From: Podarcis cretensis
Lineage: Eukaryota
Direction: 5' to 3'
NCBI GenBank assembly: GCA_951804945.1
Contig: OX638149.1
Coordinates: 86,552,001-86,616,000, forward strand
Length of the DNA: 64,000 bases
The notes under the pieces: generated by a model
What the model was told of the DNA's origin: nothing
The model's input: only the letters and a program-made list of their open reading frames with translations
Database searches by the model: none
Program-made: the position numbers and the translations under genes
Shown: positions 1 to 13,300 of the stretch, in pieces
Numbering within the stretch: position 1 is the first letter of the stretch
Layout of the letters: every line of letters starts with the position of its first letter

Positions 1-849
1 TATATATGCTGCTGGGCTACAGGTTCCCCACCTGCTACTACACAATCATGTTTTAAAATTTCTGAAAAGCCAGATTTAAATAATTTACAATGGGAGTTGC
101 CCAACCTAAGCAGGCAGACACACACCCCACAGAGGGAGGAGGGGCAGGAGGGAAGCAAGGCAGGAGTCAGGTGAGGGGTGAGACTACAGGCCAGTGTGTT
201 TTAGGGAAACGATTATATGCACATGTCTGCACTGATCTCCTGACATAACAACATTCCTGAACAGCAGGAGATGGAGAGCTACAGTTTTCGCTCTAATAGC
301 CCCCTGGAGTCACTGGCCAGCCTCGAATTCCCTCCTATTCCAAAGCCATTCACATTATCTTCAGGTTCACACACGGCCATCAGGTTTCCCCTGGAGGGGG
401 GGCACGAACAGTTTAAGCCTCAAACCCAATTATTTCCCATTTGCGGTTAAAAACTCACCACTCCCGGTGGCTGAGGGCACATACACACCATTAGGCCACA
501 TTATTTCTGGCGAATTGCTCCAAAATTCCTCAGATACTCCAGTCCCGCCTTTCCAGTCCACTATTCCACCCATGAGAATTCGCTTGGAGGGGTCGGAAAA
601 TTCACCTCAGTTGTGCAACCGAAGAGTAACTAAAAGCGATTTCAACGGCAACCTTTCCCTATCTACTTTCCTGGAAGTAAACCGTCGGAGCTCAACGGGT
701 CTTACTTCTGAGCCAGGCACGTATGGGATGGAAAACTATAGTGCCTCAAGGGACCTTAAGGAAAGGGGGAAAGCAAACATCCGCGATTTCCTTCTGTGGT
801 ACTTTAGGGAGGAGGATGCATACGGACTTGCCTAATTCAAAAGGCGCAT

Positions 850-1950
850 CAAGAAAGGCGCAACTGCGCCCGCGCGCGCGTTTCCCGGGCTCAGCAGGAT
901 CCCAAGAGCCGTCTACAGAATTCCCGGGTGTGGGTGAGAGAGAAAGAACTCTTATTTACAGACGGCCGTGCGAGAGCAGCAAAAGTAGGTCCACGCCTCC
1001 CTTAACAACTCGGGAAGCGCGCGATTATATGTAGCAGCACAAACCCATTTCCGCGTGGGCGGGCAAAGCTTTTTAGAGGATAAGCGATTCCGAATAATCC
1101 CTGGGGAGGTGGGAACCCCGACGGCAGGGAGGCACCTGCGCCCGGATGAGCACACCCGTCCGGGGACGGGGCCGTGTCCAGGGAAACGGCGAGCGCGAGA
1201 CAAGGGACTGAAGGAGAGTCGCCAAATCCCAGTCCGGAGAATGCACACGATCCTTAATCCCGTCTCCGGTGCAAAAGAGAGACTCGAGAACCCCCGTCCC
1301 ATAGGGGTTTGGATCCAGAGCCACTTAATGCAGACAGCGATTTCCGCCCCCCCCCCCCAAGAAAAAAAAAATCCTCCAAGAGTCTAGTCACCCGATATTT
1401 TTTTAAAAACACAAAAAAACTGACCCGGGTTCAGTAAAGCCGTGCAAGCCGCTCCGGCGCTCAGCAGTTCGAGATCCACGCGACGAAAGACTCCGCTGAG
1501 ATTAGAGCTGGCCAGGCAGGAAGCTCCCCGCCGAAGGAGGCTTTTAGGGAAAGAAGGGGGAAAGAAAGAGCGGGCGGGTCACCAACGCTCCGGGTAGGTG
1601 GAGACTCCGGAGCCGCAAGGAGGGGCCGCGGTCGGAGGAAGCGAAGCGGCTCTTCCCTCTTCCTAGTAATTATTAACCCAGAGCTACCTGGGCCGCCGCC
1701 GCCGCCACGCGCAGTTTCTCCTCTCCCGGGGAGGGCGCGCCACTAGGCCGGGCGGAGCAAGTCGGAGTTGCTGAGCTATAGCTCGGGGCAATGGCACCGC
1801 CCCGAAACTCCCGCCTGCCTTGCCCTTGCCCTCCCCGTGCCAGATTTAGGACAAGGTGGTGGAGGGGGGAGACGCTCCCCTGGCCTGACCCTGTCGGTAT
1901 CGGACTCGGAGGCACCTGCTAACGATCGCCTCCATATGGAACGCCACACC
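850..1950 (-). promoter_or_regulatory. CpG island / 5' end of an unidentified minus-strand gene, with candidate non-coding exons (exon A ending at 1688, exon B 1540-1425)
   Basis: GC- and CpG-rich. On the minus strand: donor CAG|GTAGCT at 1688/1687, pyrimidine tract CTCTTTCTTTCCCCCTTCTTTCCCTAAAAG| acceptor at 1541/1540, donor CGG|GTCAGT at 1425/1424. Exon B has no ATG. Confidence 0.55.
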
Positions 1951-3331
1951 AAAAAAGGGGGACAAAGGTGATGTTTTTATATTGGGCCAAGCTTCCGTTA
2001 GTATAACAGTAGTACAGAAACTGCCGGGGTGTAGTAAACTAGCCGTAACGAACCATATATCAAACGTTATAATTTGTGGATTGAATCCAGACTACGAATT
2101 TTTAACCATTATATGGGTTAATTGGCTTACCAATTACAGGACGCCTGTGTTGTCAACAACTGTTTTGTGAGTTACCACAGCTAATTGCATGATTGCACTC
2201 TTCTGCATTTGCATTTGCTTTCACTCCAAACTCAGGGTGTATAATTACCCCCCTTCAAACCATGTTGTACATATGTAACATTTCATGTATCTGGTTCAAT
2301 GGATGGGGAGTCTTTGAAAACATATGCTCTAATAAATTTCTTAGCCTTTTAGGTGGCTAGAAAAAATCCTTGATTTTGCTGCAAGAGACTTCGTCCAATG
2401 CACAATTGTCCATAAAAGCTGGTTCTAGAAGAAATTTGGCACTTCACCTGTGCTACAAGATACGTTGCTGTCAATAATGGCAACACTGTAGATGGGCAGG
2501 GCTTTGAGTGAGGATAATAATGTGCTTGACCTTATGTCTGATCTGTATGTTATGGTTCTAGGTCTGTGGCTGGATATAGACTCATATGTACATTCACTTG
2601 AATAAAGTATGTTTTTAAATAATTCTTCATTTAAAAATAAAAAGGAAACAGGATTTTAAAGTAAATCCCATTAGAATCAGTGGGACTTTTCCCAGCCAAG
2701 TATTCTTAGGATTGGGCTGGAAAATGTTATGTTTCCACAAGCATTTCCAAACTACAGTAATGTCACATAGACAAAGCAAACTGCTTTGGAAAACCTGTCA
2801 CTTTTTATTTGACCATTTATACAATTTCAGCTAAGAGTGCTGAGTTAACCACTTCAATAGAAGACCAGACTATTGATCTTGTAGTATTTATTTTAATTAC
2901 AGCTGCCAGTTGCCACTTCACTCATTCACATCCATCTTTTGTTGTGTTTGGCACAAAACTCAGAGATGCCATGCCTGTCAAACAACGGATTCCACAGCTA
3001 TGGAAGAAACAGAAAACTAAACCTATAACCAATGCTTATACTGTAAATGCTTAATGGATTTTGGTAAGGCAGAAATTCAGGAACTTAGAGAAGTGTGGAA
3101 CAGTGAATTAGAAGATATTACACAGCCTAAACAATAGAATATTGCTTTAGAGTCTATACAGAGTATTTCCTTGGATCTGAGATTGATTCAGGAAAAATTA
3201 ATATTTTGAGTATATTGGACTCCACAACTTCTGTATAAGATTGTACTGTCTAGTACAGAAGGGTGTTGTAATGCTGAAAATGCCTCTTTGAGGTATATGA
3301 TGTGAGCTTATCCAGTGGTCTGAAGTTGTTA

Positions 3332-3648
3332 AAAGGTAAAGGTAAAGGACCCCTGACAGTTAAGTCCAGTCGCAAACGACTCTGGGGTTGCGACGCTCAT
3401 CACGCTTTACTGGCTGAGGGAGCCGACGTTTGTCTGCAGACAGTTTTTCCGGGTCATGTGGCCAGCATGACTAAGCCGCTTCTCCAGAGCAGCACACGGA
3501 AACGCCATTTACCTTCCCGCCAGAGCGGTACCTATTTACCTACTTGCACTTTGATGTGCTTTCGAACTGCTAGGTTGGCAGGAGCTGGGACTGAGTGATG
3601 GGAGCTCACCCCATCACAGGGATTCGAACTGCCAACCTTTCAATTTGA
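3332..3648 (-). mobile_element. Sauria SINE, 5'-truncated
   Basis: Reverse-complement (ACCTTT)n tail AAAGGTAAAGGTAAAGG, typical body (GGGTCATGTGGCCAGCATGACTAAGCC), TSD AAGTTGTTA at 3323-3331 and 3649-3657. Confidence 0.9.
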
Positions 3649-3759
3649 AAGTTGTTACTCGCCTCAATTTTGTATTGGCAAAATCCTTTATATTTGCTGA
3701 CATTTATATACTTTTTAATTATGTCCCTATAATATGAGGTTTAATGGATGGACAAAAGT

Positions 3760-3960
3760 AGGTTTTGCAAGCCTTTATGGTGGTTAAGAGACTTATATTT
3801 CAAGCCTGGAAGGATAAACAACTACTGCCAAATACACAATGGTCTGAGGACCTCACTGCCCAGCTACATGAACATATTTCATATAGGCATCAGTTTCAGT
3901 TTTGGACATCTGGAGGGCTTATATTGATGTATACCTTTAATTTAAGATTTATTTATTGAT
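3760..3960 (+). mobile_element. L1/Tx1-like LINE ORF2 C-terminal fragment
   Basis: Translation AFMVVKRLIFQAWKDKQLLPNTQWSEDLTA resembles the C-terminus of non-mammalian L1/Tx1 ORF2; followed by an AT-rich tail. Confidence 0.45.
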
Positions 3961-5604
3961 GGTCACTGTATCCATAATGTGAACTGATGGTGGTTTCTGT
4001 TACTGTTACTACTACTAATAACAATAATAATAACAATAATTTGTTATCATGTTGGTGTTTTGTGTTCTCTTTCCTCTTTAATTTTATTTCCTCTTTTTCC
4101 ATTTCCTTTTCCTTGTAAAATCTGCAAATTAAAATAAAGAAAGAAAGAAATGCCATGGGATAAACAGGTAAACATTTTATGACTGAATACTTAGCTTTCC
4201 CTGTCAGTGGTAGCAATTTACAGTCATCTTAAATAAAGCACATAACATTTATAGGTAGGCAGGCCTGATTCTAAGTTGGTGTTACTCAAACATTTCAGCA
4301 GCCCTCAGAGATCAAACATGGGTTGCAGATTTTTTTTTTTTAATGAACATCGGTCACTGTTTACACAACAGAAAGGGAGGAGCTAGAGGGGGGTTCATTC
4401 CTGAGGACATCTGTGATTGGCACGGGATTTGTCTGAATCTATCAAGTAAGGTTTATTGTGAGTAGCAAAGCAATTTCATCCAATGCAACAATCTAAGAAA
4501 TCTTTATGCACAATAAGACCTCTCCTTTGTGATTATGGTTATACACTGAAAATTAATAAAACTTATTATTAACAAATAAATTAAAAAGACCTCTCCTATG
4601 AAGTGCTTCTGTGGTAACATACATTGAAATAAATTATTCCCAGAGACTCATGTGCAACCCTGCATTGAACCTAAGGGAGGCTGATGCTGGCCCTATCTAG
4701 TGTTTTACCCTGGATGCACAGCTATTAGTCATTATAGCTAAATAGAACCTCCATGCACAGAGACAGTATATCTTTTCATACTGCATGGGGATGGCCATCA
4801 ATTTTATGCTCTTCTGGTAGACTTCCAGAGGCAATTGGCTGGCTTCTGTTGGACGAATAATGCTTATTTAGATGTGCAGTGATCTGATCAGGCATGCTAG
4901 GATGTGTAGACAAAAGTATGAGAATAAAAATGTGAAAATAATTCATGCAGTACAATATATACGTGCAATATTTTAGGAAATAACAAGAGGCCAGGGTGTG
5001 CACCATGACACTATATGATTGCATGTGGAATTATTTGAGCCAAAATAGGATGCTTGATGCCTTTTTTAAAGCTTGACTGAGTTTTCATGCGCATGTAACA
5101 AGCTGTAATCTACAGAGCTGCAAGCTACCTAAATGTAATGGCAAATATGCCAGAAAGGCAAATATATCTTCCAGATACCCAAAACATGACCCAAAATACA
5201 ACCAACCAGACGCAAGTTGCAGCATTGTAGGTGTCAGGCACCCATAATTTCTGGATTTAGTAAGTGTTAGAATGCAATCAGTGTTTGGAGAGTTAAACTG
5301 GTAGATACACTCTTAATAGCTGGATTCATCTTCCCTTGTTCAGGCCAACCTGATAATGGCTGAGTCATTAAACAAACAAAGACAGGGTGATGACCCATCA
5401 AGAAAGCCATAAGCAAAGCTCTGGGTTAACTAGAAGAACAAAGGCTAGTAGCATAGTTCAGGTTAGCAGTTTTTGCTTGATGTGAGTTGGAGGGAAATCG
5501 TTCCAATCTGTAAGCAGCAATGCAACAGAGAAGCAATATTAGTGGGGTGGGAGAGCTGAGAATAATGTCAATATATTTTTATGGTAAGCGTTGCAGGAGG
5601 TAGC

Positions 5605-5650
5605 CTAGATGATCCTTGGGGTCCCTTCTAACTCTACCATTCTATGATAT
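5605..5650 (+). mobile_element. CR1 LINE 3' end fragment
   Basis: TAGATGATCCTTGGGGTCCCTTCTAACTCTACCATTCTATGAT, the typical CR1 terminus with ATTCTATG. Confidence 0.7.
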
Positions 5651-6109
5651 GGAGGGGGGCTCTCCCATCTCACTATATAGATGGCTGCCTAGTACAGGGT
5701 TAGGAGTGATACAATGTAGGAGTAAAGCAACAGATTAGAGAGAACCCGATGGCTGGCATCCTTTAGAATTCAGGGCTGCACCTAGGATAGAAACAATAAC
5801 CTCTGGGGGTGTAACGTTGTGCACCCTTCCATCATAGGCTCAGGTTGTATATGTGTGTAAATAAACCATATATCATAAAGACACCACAGTCTCTTCTGTG
5901 CCTCATTGTCCAAAAAGGAAACACAAACACAGGGTAAAACATGCCTGGAACTCCCTGGAATCTCACATGGCTGTGAAGTTTGCGGGTGGTGTTTAACAAT
6001 GCGTTAACAGGCATGCCCCTTGGGGGAAATAGTATATCTGCCCCACCCACCCCACTAGCTTGTTCACTTCTACAGCTTCTTTTCAAGAATGTGGAGTTGT
6101 GAACCAAGA

Positions 6110-6290
6110 TGAAAGGATATTAGGTAGGACCTGAGAGACAAAGATTAAAATCCTCCTCAGCCATGAAGATCCCTGGGCCAGTCACTGTTGCTCAGCCTAG
6201 CCTCCCTCACAGAGTTGTTGTGAGGATAAATTGGGGAGTGGAAGAACCCTGAGCTCCTTAGAGGAAAGCTAAAAGCTCACATAAATAGGT
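6110..6290 (+). mobile_element. Old MIR/L2-type tRNA-derived SINE (similar copies at about 14000-14160 and 38580-38770)
   Basis: Core CTCAGCCATGAAG...GGGCCAGTCAC...CTCAGCCTAGCCTCCCTCACAGAGTTGTTGTGAGGATAAA. Confidence 0.55.
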
Positions 6291-9200
6291 ATATAATAAG
6301 CAAAAAGTTAGTAGGTGAGGGGCCCCCATTACCTGAGTATAAGCCTCCTTGAATACACATGCATAGGATTGGGCAGTGACAGGGAAGTTTCAAGAGTGGG
6401 AACCCTGATTCATAAGTGAGCATCCCTTCTCACTAGGTAGGGGGCAGGGCAGCAGGAGACAGCCCCAGACACACCATAATCTCTTCCCCCATCCACCCAA
6501 TACCACCCAGGAAGAAACAGTGGCGGGGGGGGGGGGGAGAGAGGACTTGAAGTTAAAGAGGCAATGCAAACCCCGCTGTTTCAGATTCTGCATCTCTGAA
6601 GGTGACTTTCAGTTGGAAGGTATCTCCTGCAGCCATCAGATAACTTTATGCATGCATGCAGTGTTCAAAATTCCCATTGTTCTAGGTGCATTTTGCAACA
6701 GGGAATTTCTTAGTACTGTGTCTAAGATTTCAGATTAAAACTGCAGAGTGGAAGGAAACAAGGACCTTCCAGCTACTCTGAAGACTGGAGAAGAGACCCT
6801 CTTAAGAACATTAAGGGGGTGGACAGGGGAAGGACTAGGCCATATGAAAAATGAACATATATTTTAGCTGCAGTTCATTCATTTCCAGATTTGTATTCTT
6901 GTTATAAAAAAGTGAGCCTAGACATTCCATTGTTGCCCCCATAACCTCGGTTTAAGGTGCCATTTAGTTCCTAGCTTCCATATCTCAGTTTCTAACGCTA
7001 TCTGCTTGTGCCCATTCATCAGGACCAGCAGAACGGTTGTCAGAGAGAAAAGGCTAAAATGCTGTAGGGCAAACTATGTGTGCCATTGGCACCTCAGCTT
7101 CCCTTGTAGACCTGATTTCCTAAATTTCCCATTAGTCCAATGGATAGTCAGGCCTTGAGAAGCATGGAACTAGAAAGGGTTGGTCAGGTACAGAGATAGG
7201 CAGTGGGAAGGTTGCCTTTGCCTCTCCCTGAGGATATGTGAAATACAGGTGGGTCCGCTTAGAAGCTGTCCTGGTCCACCATTGTGTCTCTGTTCCAGCC
7301 CAGGGCCTGTTCTAGCTAGTGCCTACGTTCCCAGAAGCAGGCCTTCGTCAGCCACCTGACTGGCACAATAATGCTGCCATTCTGCATAGGAAGACAGGGT
7401 GCATTGTACAGCCACAGCCGCCTAAGAGCTGTTCATGCAGCTCTTCTGCCTGAAAGGAAGTATTGTTTGAGATGACCCAGCCCTTCAACCTCTTCCCAAC
7501 ACCAGGGAGGCAGAGCTGCTCCCAGCAGACAGAACAGCGCCATTCAGAGTCCTCCACATCTCCATCCCACAGCAGCTGCTGGTGGCCCTACCCTCTCTTG
7601 GTGCTGTGAGGCCCTAGAACAACAAGGACTTAGGGAGGCAGGGCAGGCTGGACCTTGCCACTGAAAGCTGCACCTTCAGCCATGGAACACACAGCAGAAG
7701 GAAGGAGGATGAAATAATCTAAGTGCCAGCTGCTGGTTCTGTTCCCAGTTCCAGCGAGAGATTATTCTTGTCAGGGCTGAGGGATTGCACTGGTTCATGG
7801 TAGTGCTGTATGGAATGTGTGTCACGCAGTTTAGGGACCACCCAGAACCAAAACCTTGTTCTGAGAAACAACTCCCAGAATAGCAGAAGATAAGCATTGG
7901 GTAAGGTGGGGAAACTTCCTTTAATTGAAGTTTATAGTTATTTAATAACAAACAAGGCAACCAAAAACAAACAACACTTGTTTGCTAATTACAGGGGGTT
8001 TTATCAGCACAATATATTTCCACATGTATCATGTTGAAAAATGGAGATAACCTTGTCACAAAGTTGGATTAGTCACCAGAGGGCAAGGAGGATGTCCATT
8101 TATTAATACAGCTAATAAATGGAAACCATATAAAATAGTATCAAAATGTTCCCTTTTTTGCTTTACCTTGAATAACCACTCTATCCTCTGCGAAGCACTC
8201 AAGCAGTGCTACATGATCCCATATTTTAACATACAAACCGTGTTTTGTAGGAGGTGTATTCCCTTTCCAACAGCCTGTTAATTCTACTTGAGCCACTGCC
8301 AATAACACTGCTAGTAATTTGTTATGCTTAATTTCCTCATTAAGCTCACTTTTGATTGACTAGAGTGCCAACACTGGTCTAACTGAAGTTTTTTGCTAGT
8401 AATCTTAACCAGCTCTAAGAACGCTTCCTCTGAAAACTTGTTTGCAAAAGGACAGCTCCACCACATGTAGAATAGTGATCCTCTCTCAGCACATCCCCAA
8501 CTGCATGATGGAAACACTTATTTGCCATGTAGGGCAGTTTTAGAGGAATCCTAAAAGGTGGCTTGCTGGATTCTCACAAAGATAGTGTATAAACTGGGAG
8601 GGGGAGTTAGTCCACACACTATCTGATTCACTATCTTTAAACTCTCTAAAATCATTCTTCCACACCTTCTTAATGTCATCTGTCATGCCCATTACATGCT
8701 GTTAGGGAGGATAACTTTTGGCAATAACCATGCCAATGGGAGCTATGTTGCAGGTGAACATATCCCAGGCTAGCTGCTGTTCCTGTGAACAGAGCAAACA
8801 GCAGGTTGACAGAAACACTGGCAGAAAACAATATTGGAAGAAGTGCCCTAGAACACTAATAGAACAGTAAAATGAATGGGAATCTAAATTTCTGCCTTTC
8901 TATCACCAACTGGCTGATTTACAGCACTTCCTGATTTACACTGCGGTCATGTAGATTTCTCAGAAATCTTCCTAAAAACATAGGATTACCAAGGATACAG
9001 AGGTCACACCTAAGATGTATTAGAAAGCCAATATATCCTGCTGAACATATTTAGCAACAGGCATTGTCCTTAATGCTCAGTCACAGCAAACATGGAGAGA
9101 AGGTTGGATGGTTGTGGGGGTGGATAGGGGCACCTCAGCTTTGTTGCCCCATGCCTGGCACAGACGGCCATGGCAGGCAGCACCACTGCGGGTCCAGCCC

Positions 9201-9599
9201 TACTGCTTCTTACCAAACCCTGCAAAAATACCCTTCCTCCATCAAAACTCTCTCTTTGAATTCTAAAATATATTTGAATATTTTTTATAAAAAAATAACT
9301 GCTTAACTTTGGCTGGATTGTGCCCTACCATTTTGTGACCTAAATAAACTATAGCAAACTTTAGAGAGGAAATGAATGTTCCTCTTCTCTGCCGTCATAG
9401 GTAAATCAAGGGCCTCTTTTTTGCAAATGTCCTAAACTACCTGAGTTGCTCCTTTTCCCGTGTAGTTTTTTTTTTTTAAATTACAGTATAACAATAAAAC
9501 AACATTGAAACGCTTATCCGTGAAGCCATCTGCTTGCATTTCCCCCTTCGCTAGCTTACACCACTGAAGTCATTTTTCATCCAAGTCTGCCTGGCTGCC

Positions 9600-9725
9600 A
9601 CTCTTTGCCAACCTGGTTCTTCCCAGAGGTCTTGGACTACAACTCCCATCAGGCCCAGCCAGCAGATGTTTCGACAGGAAATGCAGTCCAAAACATCTGG
9701 AGGGGCGCCAGGTTGGGCAAACCTG
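9600..9725. mobile_element. Short palindromic hAT-like MITE (GACTACAACTCCCATC family) just upstream of the NUP160 promoter
   Basis: Inverted ends GCCAACCTGG / CCAGGTTGGGC; internal GGACTACAACTCCCATC ... GCAGTCCAAAACATCTGG. Confidence 0.65.
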
Positions 9726-9759
9726 CTCCATAAAATGCCCCTTCCCTATTGCGCCTGGT

Positions 9760-10360
9760 CTAACTGGACGGGCGTCTGGCTGCGCTCCTTGCCCAGCAGT
9801 CGCTCCATCTAGCCCTTCGCAGGACAGAGACCCCTCAGGCCACCTCTACTTCCCATGATTCACCGCGAAAGCAGGCTCTGTTCGGCCGCGCCCCCTTCCC
9901 ACTATCCCGTGATCCACTGCGGCTCCGCGCGCGGGAAGGGAAGATGGCGGCGGCTGTCGGGCTCCCGGAGCGGGGATATCTGGAGCTGGTGGGCGCTGAG
10001 CGGGGAGCGCGGCGCCGGGTTCGCGAGCTCGTGTTCAGCCTCCCAGGTAGAGGCGCCCGGCCAGGGAGCGGGCGGCGGACGTGGGTTGCTGGGCGGGTGT
10101 CATTGCTGTTGCACGCATGGTAAAAGTCACGCTGCTGCTGCTGCCTGCCTGGCTGACGTGCCTCCTTTGCCTTGTCCCTTGCAGGCGGCGGCTCGTCCCT
10201 CACGCCCGTTCGCTACGCCGACAGCGCCGGAGGATTCTGGTACCAAGAAAACGCGCAGCTGGGGTCTGTGACCAGGAACCGCTTCATCCACTGGTGAGTG
10301 GTCCGAGGACGTGGCCTTGCTTCTGCAGCCCACCCGCCAGTCAGTGCCACGGATCGGATC
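9760..10360 (+). promoter_or_regulatory. NUP160 CpG-island promoter
   Basis: CpG-dense. YY1-type AAGATGGCGGC overlaps the start codon (9941-9951). ZNF143/Staf-like TACTTCCCATGATT at about 9847-9860. Confidence 0.75.
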
Positions 10361-13300
10361 CTGCCCTCTCACTCCAATGGGAGAGGTTGGGAAGAGTGAA
10401 GAGGAGCTGCCCTCCGCTTCCCCTTCAGGCATCTTCTTCTGACGCCTGATCCCGTTTAGCATGTGACTAGGGTGATATACCCAAATAAACCAGATGATCT
10501 TTTTCTTTTGGTTTTGATCTGTTATTCACTAGTGAAGTGTTTTGAGCCGTTGGCTCTTCCAGAGCAGAACTAAAGCAAGCTAACAGTTTAAAATGCCTTT
10601 TTTAACCTAGTGCAGTTATGAATAGAATGGTAGGACAGCACCAGTTGTAGCTCTGTGGGAAGAGAATTCTAAAGTTGGGGTGTATCCTAAGGAAAGCATG
10701 CAGAGGAAAGGTCCACAGCCAAAAAAGTTAAGGCATTAAAATGAATGACAGGTGACTTGAGCAGTAATTGACAGTAATCTTCGATAATAACTGTATGTGA
10801 CAGCAAAATGGCCATTGAATTTGAAATTGGAGAGTTCTGTGAATGGGTACCTCAGTAGGGCATGGAAGGTTGTGTGAATTACAGTTGGGGATGCAGTTTG
10901 AAGAAACAGCTGCATGATTATGTAGGAAGTGAGATGGACGAATTAGCAAATGAAGCTGTATTGAGGAGCAAAGGCCCACAAAATTCCTTGAACCACACTA
11001 TAGAACTATTGTGTTTTACTGCTGTCTTGGTGAAATACAGGGCTAGGTCAACAGGAAGCTATGCATCTAACCATGGAGCTCAGTAGCCTCACACAATTAT
11101 GTTCCCAATGTGTCTATCTCTGCCTCCTGGCAACTCCTCCAGCTGTTTGTGCCTTTTGGCACTAGGTTCATTCCCAGTCTTGTATAGTTATTCTAATATT
11201 CCCCGTTCTGGCTTTGTGAAGGGGGAGAAGATTAAAGTGATGTTGAATCTCATAGTTGTATTTTGTGTTTGTCTGCTGCAGTATTAAAATAGCTTGATTG
11301 AGATGTTTTAGTTTGATTGTGCTGTATACCTTCCTGGACTTCCAGAAGAGGAAGGGCAACCTACAGCTTTTCCTCCTTGTGTACCACTGCACACTGGTGT
11401 GCACTGCATGCTCTTTGTATGCTTTCAAAATCTAAGGCATATAGAAATACAGGTAGCACATATATCTGACTCTTGAGATTTGCTTCTTGGTGCCATTGTC
11501 TTTCCACCATGTAAATACTGGGTTGAATTGTACTCTGTAAACCTATAATTCCTATATATGTATTTACTTGTTTTCTTTTGCAGGGCTACGTCAGGTGCAA
11601 CCTTGGAACTGGTAGAGGAATCCCTTGATATAAACCTTTTGAACAATGCTGTTCAGCTCAAATTTCAGAATTGTAGTCTCTTACCTGGAGGAGTACATAT
11701 ATTTGAGACCCAGAATAATGTTGTTATCTTGATTTCAACCAATCAGACAGTACATAGGTTGATTTTACCACACCCCACTCGGATGTATAGGAGTGTAAGT
11801 AACATTTTTTCAAAAATTCTAAGAGTGTGAATTAACACACAAGCAAATTTACAATACACAGACAACGCTATCATTTTGGATTGTGATTGCATATACTGTA
11901 TAACATATTCAGTTCAGGTAATACACCAAACTATGATTTGGAGTGTCAGAAACAAGCCCCAGGCTTGTCTCTCACCTTGTGTTTAGATTCTTTCTTATTT
12001 AGTGTTAATCATAGATGATTGTGATGTCTGAACTGGAAAACTATGGCTAACCCTTGAACCCAACTCATTCATGGTGTAAGGGTTGATTCTGGTTTGAAGG
12101 GCAATCACTAACTGCAGGTTGCTGATTTGTACATATGGTTTTATAGATTCTGAACTGACCCTTTCTGGGAATGGGCTGTGAAATATTCTGTAATTTATTT
12201 TTTTGTAATGTATTTTTTTTTGGCCACATGTTTGGTTGCATTTTTTATATAGAAAATTAAAGAAAATCTAATTTTCAAATGTTTTTATTGTTGCAAATTT
12301 ATGTTGAACAATTTGCTGGGTAAAATTTCGGTATGGAGCAAAACATATAGATAGTGCAAAGTAATCTTGTCTAAGATAAAATGCACTGAGAAGGGTGATA
12401 GGTCATTGACAGAGCCCTTGTTGGCATGCACCAGGTCTTGGCTTAAATCCCTGGTGTCTCCCATTAAAAGAATTGCAGGAGCAGATCATGTAAAAGTCCT
12501 GTTCCTGAGATCTTAGAGAGACACCAAAATTCCCAATACTGGATTAGCTGAACAGTCTGACATGGTATAAGGCAGCTTCCTATGTTCCTTTGATTGCTCT
12601 GAAGAAACTGCTTTTGTCTAATGTTTCCTTTGATACCATTTTTCAGACACTTCTAGGTCATATGTTACAAGACAAATTTGAATAGAAAAGGCATTTCCTA
12701 TTTGACTTTTCCATGTTCATACTTCAAATTTATATTTCTTATTGATAACTCAGCTTATTGGGGATTTTCTTAATAGGAGCTGATCACAGAAAGTCATGTA
12801 CAGTCAGTTTTCACAGATGTTGGAAAAGTTCATTTAAGAGATCCTTTTAACTATTGCGTGATTCCTGCAATCCCTGGTCTGTCAACTCATTCCACTGCTT
12901 CAGCAGCTTGGCTTACCAGTGATGGAGGAGCACTTTTTGCTTTGCCATCTGCATCTGGTGGGATTTTTGTCCTTAATCTGCCACCTCACAATACTCATGG
13001 TAAGTACAGAAGCTGATCTAGATAATTTATTTAAAGTTGCTTTGCATTTCAGTTATAAATCTCAGAAATTGCACATCGAATAAGAATTTAAAGGAGGTTT
13101 AAAATATTTTCTAATGTGCATAAGGCAATTGACTCCCCATATCCGCAAAACTGTTCTAATTGAGAAGTGTGTGCTGTACTAAACTAAGGGAACAAAGACA
13201 GCAGCAGAACCTGCTTTTGCAATTTTGGACACCGTCAATTAATGTCTCAAATCAGTAGTCATTTTGTCTTGAATGTTTCCACATGGGACTTCTGAAAGAT

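Noticed and set aside
467-1971. Several 60-120 aa ORFs in the left CpG island
   Set aside because: No recognisable domain; stop-poor GC-rich sequence.
5810-5998. TGTAAC...AATAAA...TTAACA segment resembling an LTR
   Set aside because: No TSD found and it is too short to call with confidence.
9855-10271. Upstream ATG ORF (MIHRESRLCSAAPP...) reminiscent of the human NUP160 N-terminal extension
   Set aside because: It is out of frame with the NUP160 ATG (89-nt offset) and probably upstream of the TSS; long ORFs are expected in GC-rich islands.
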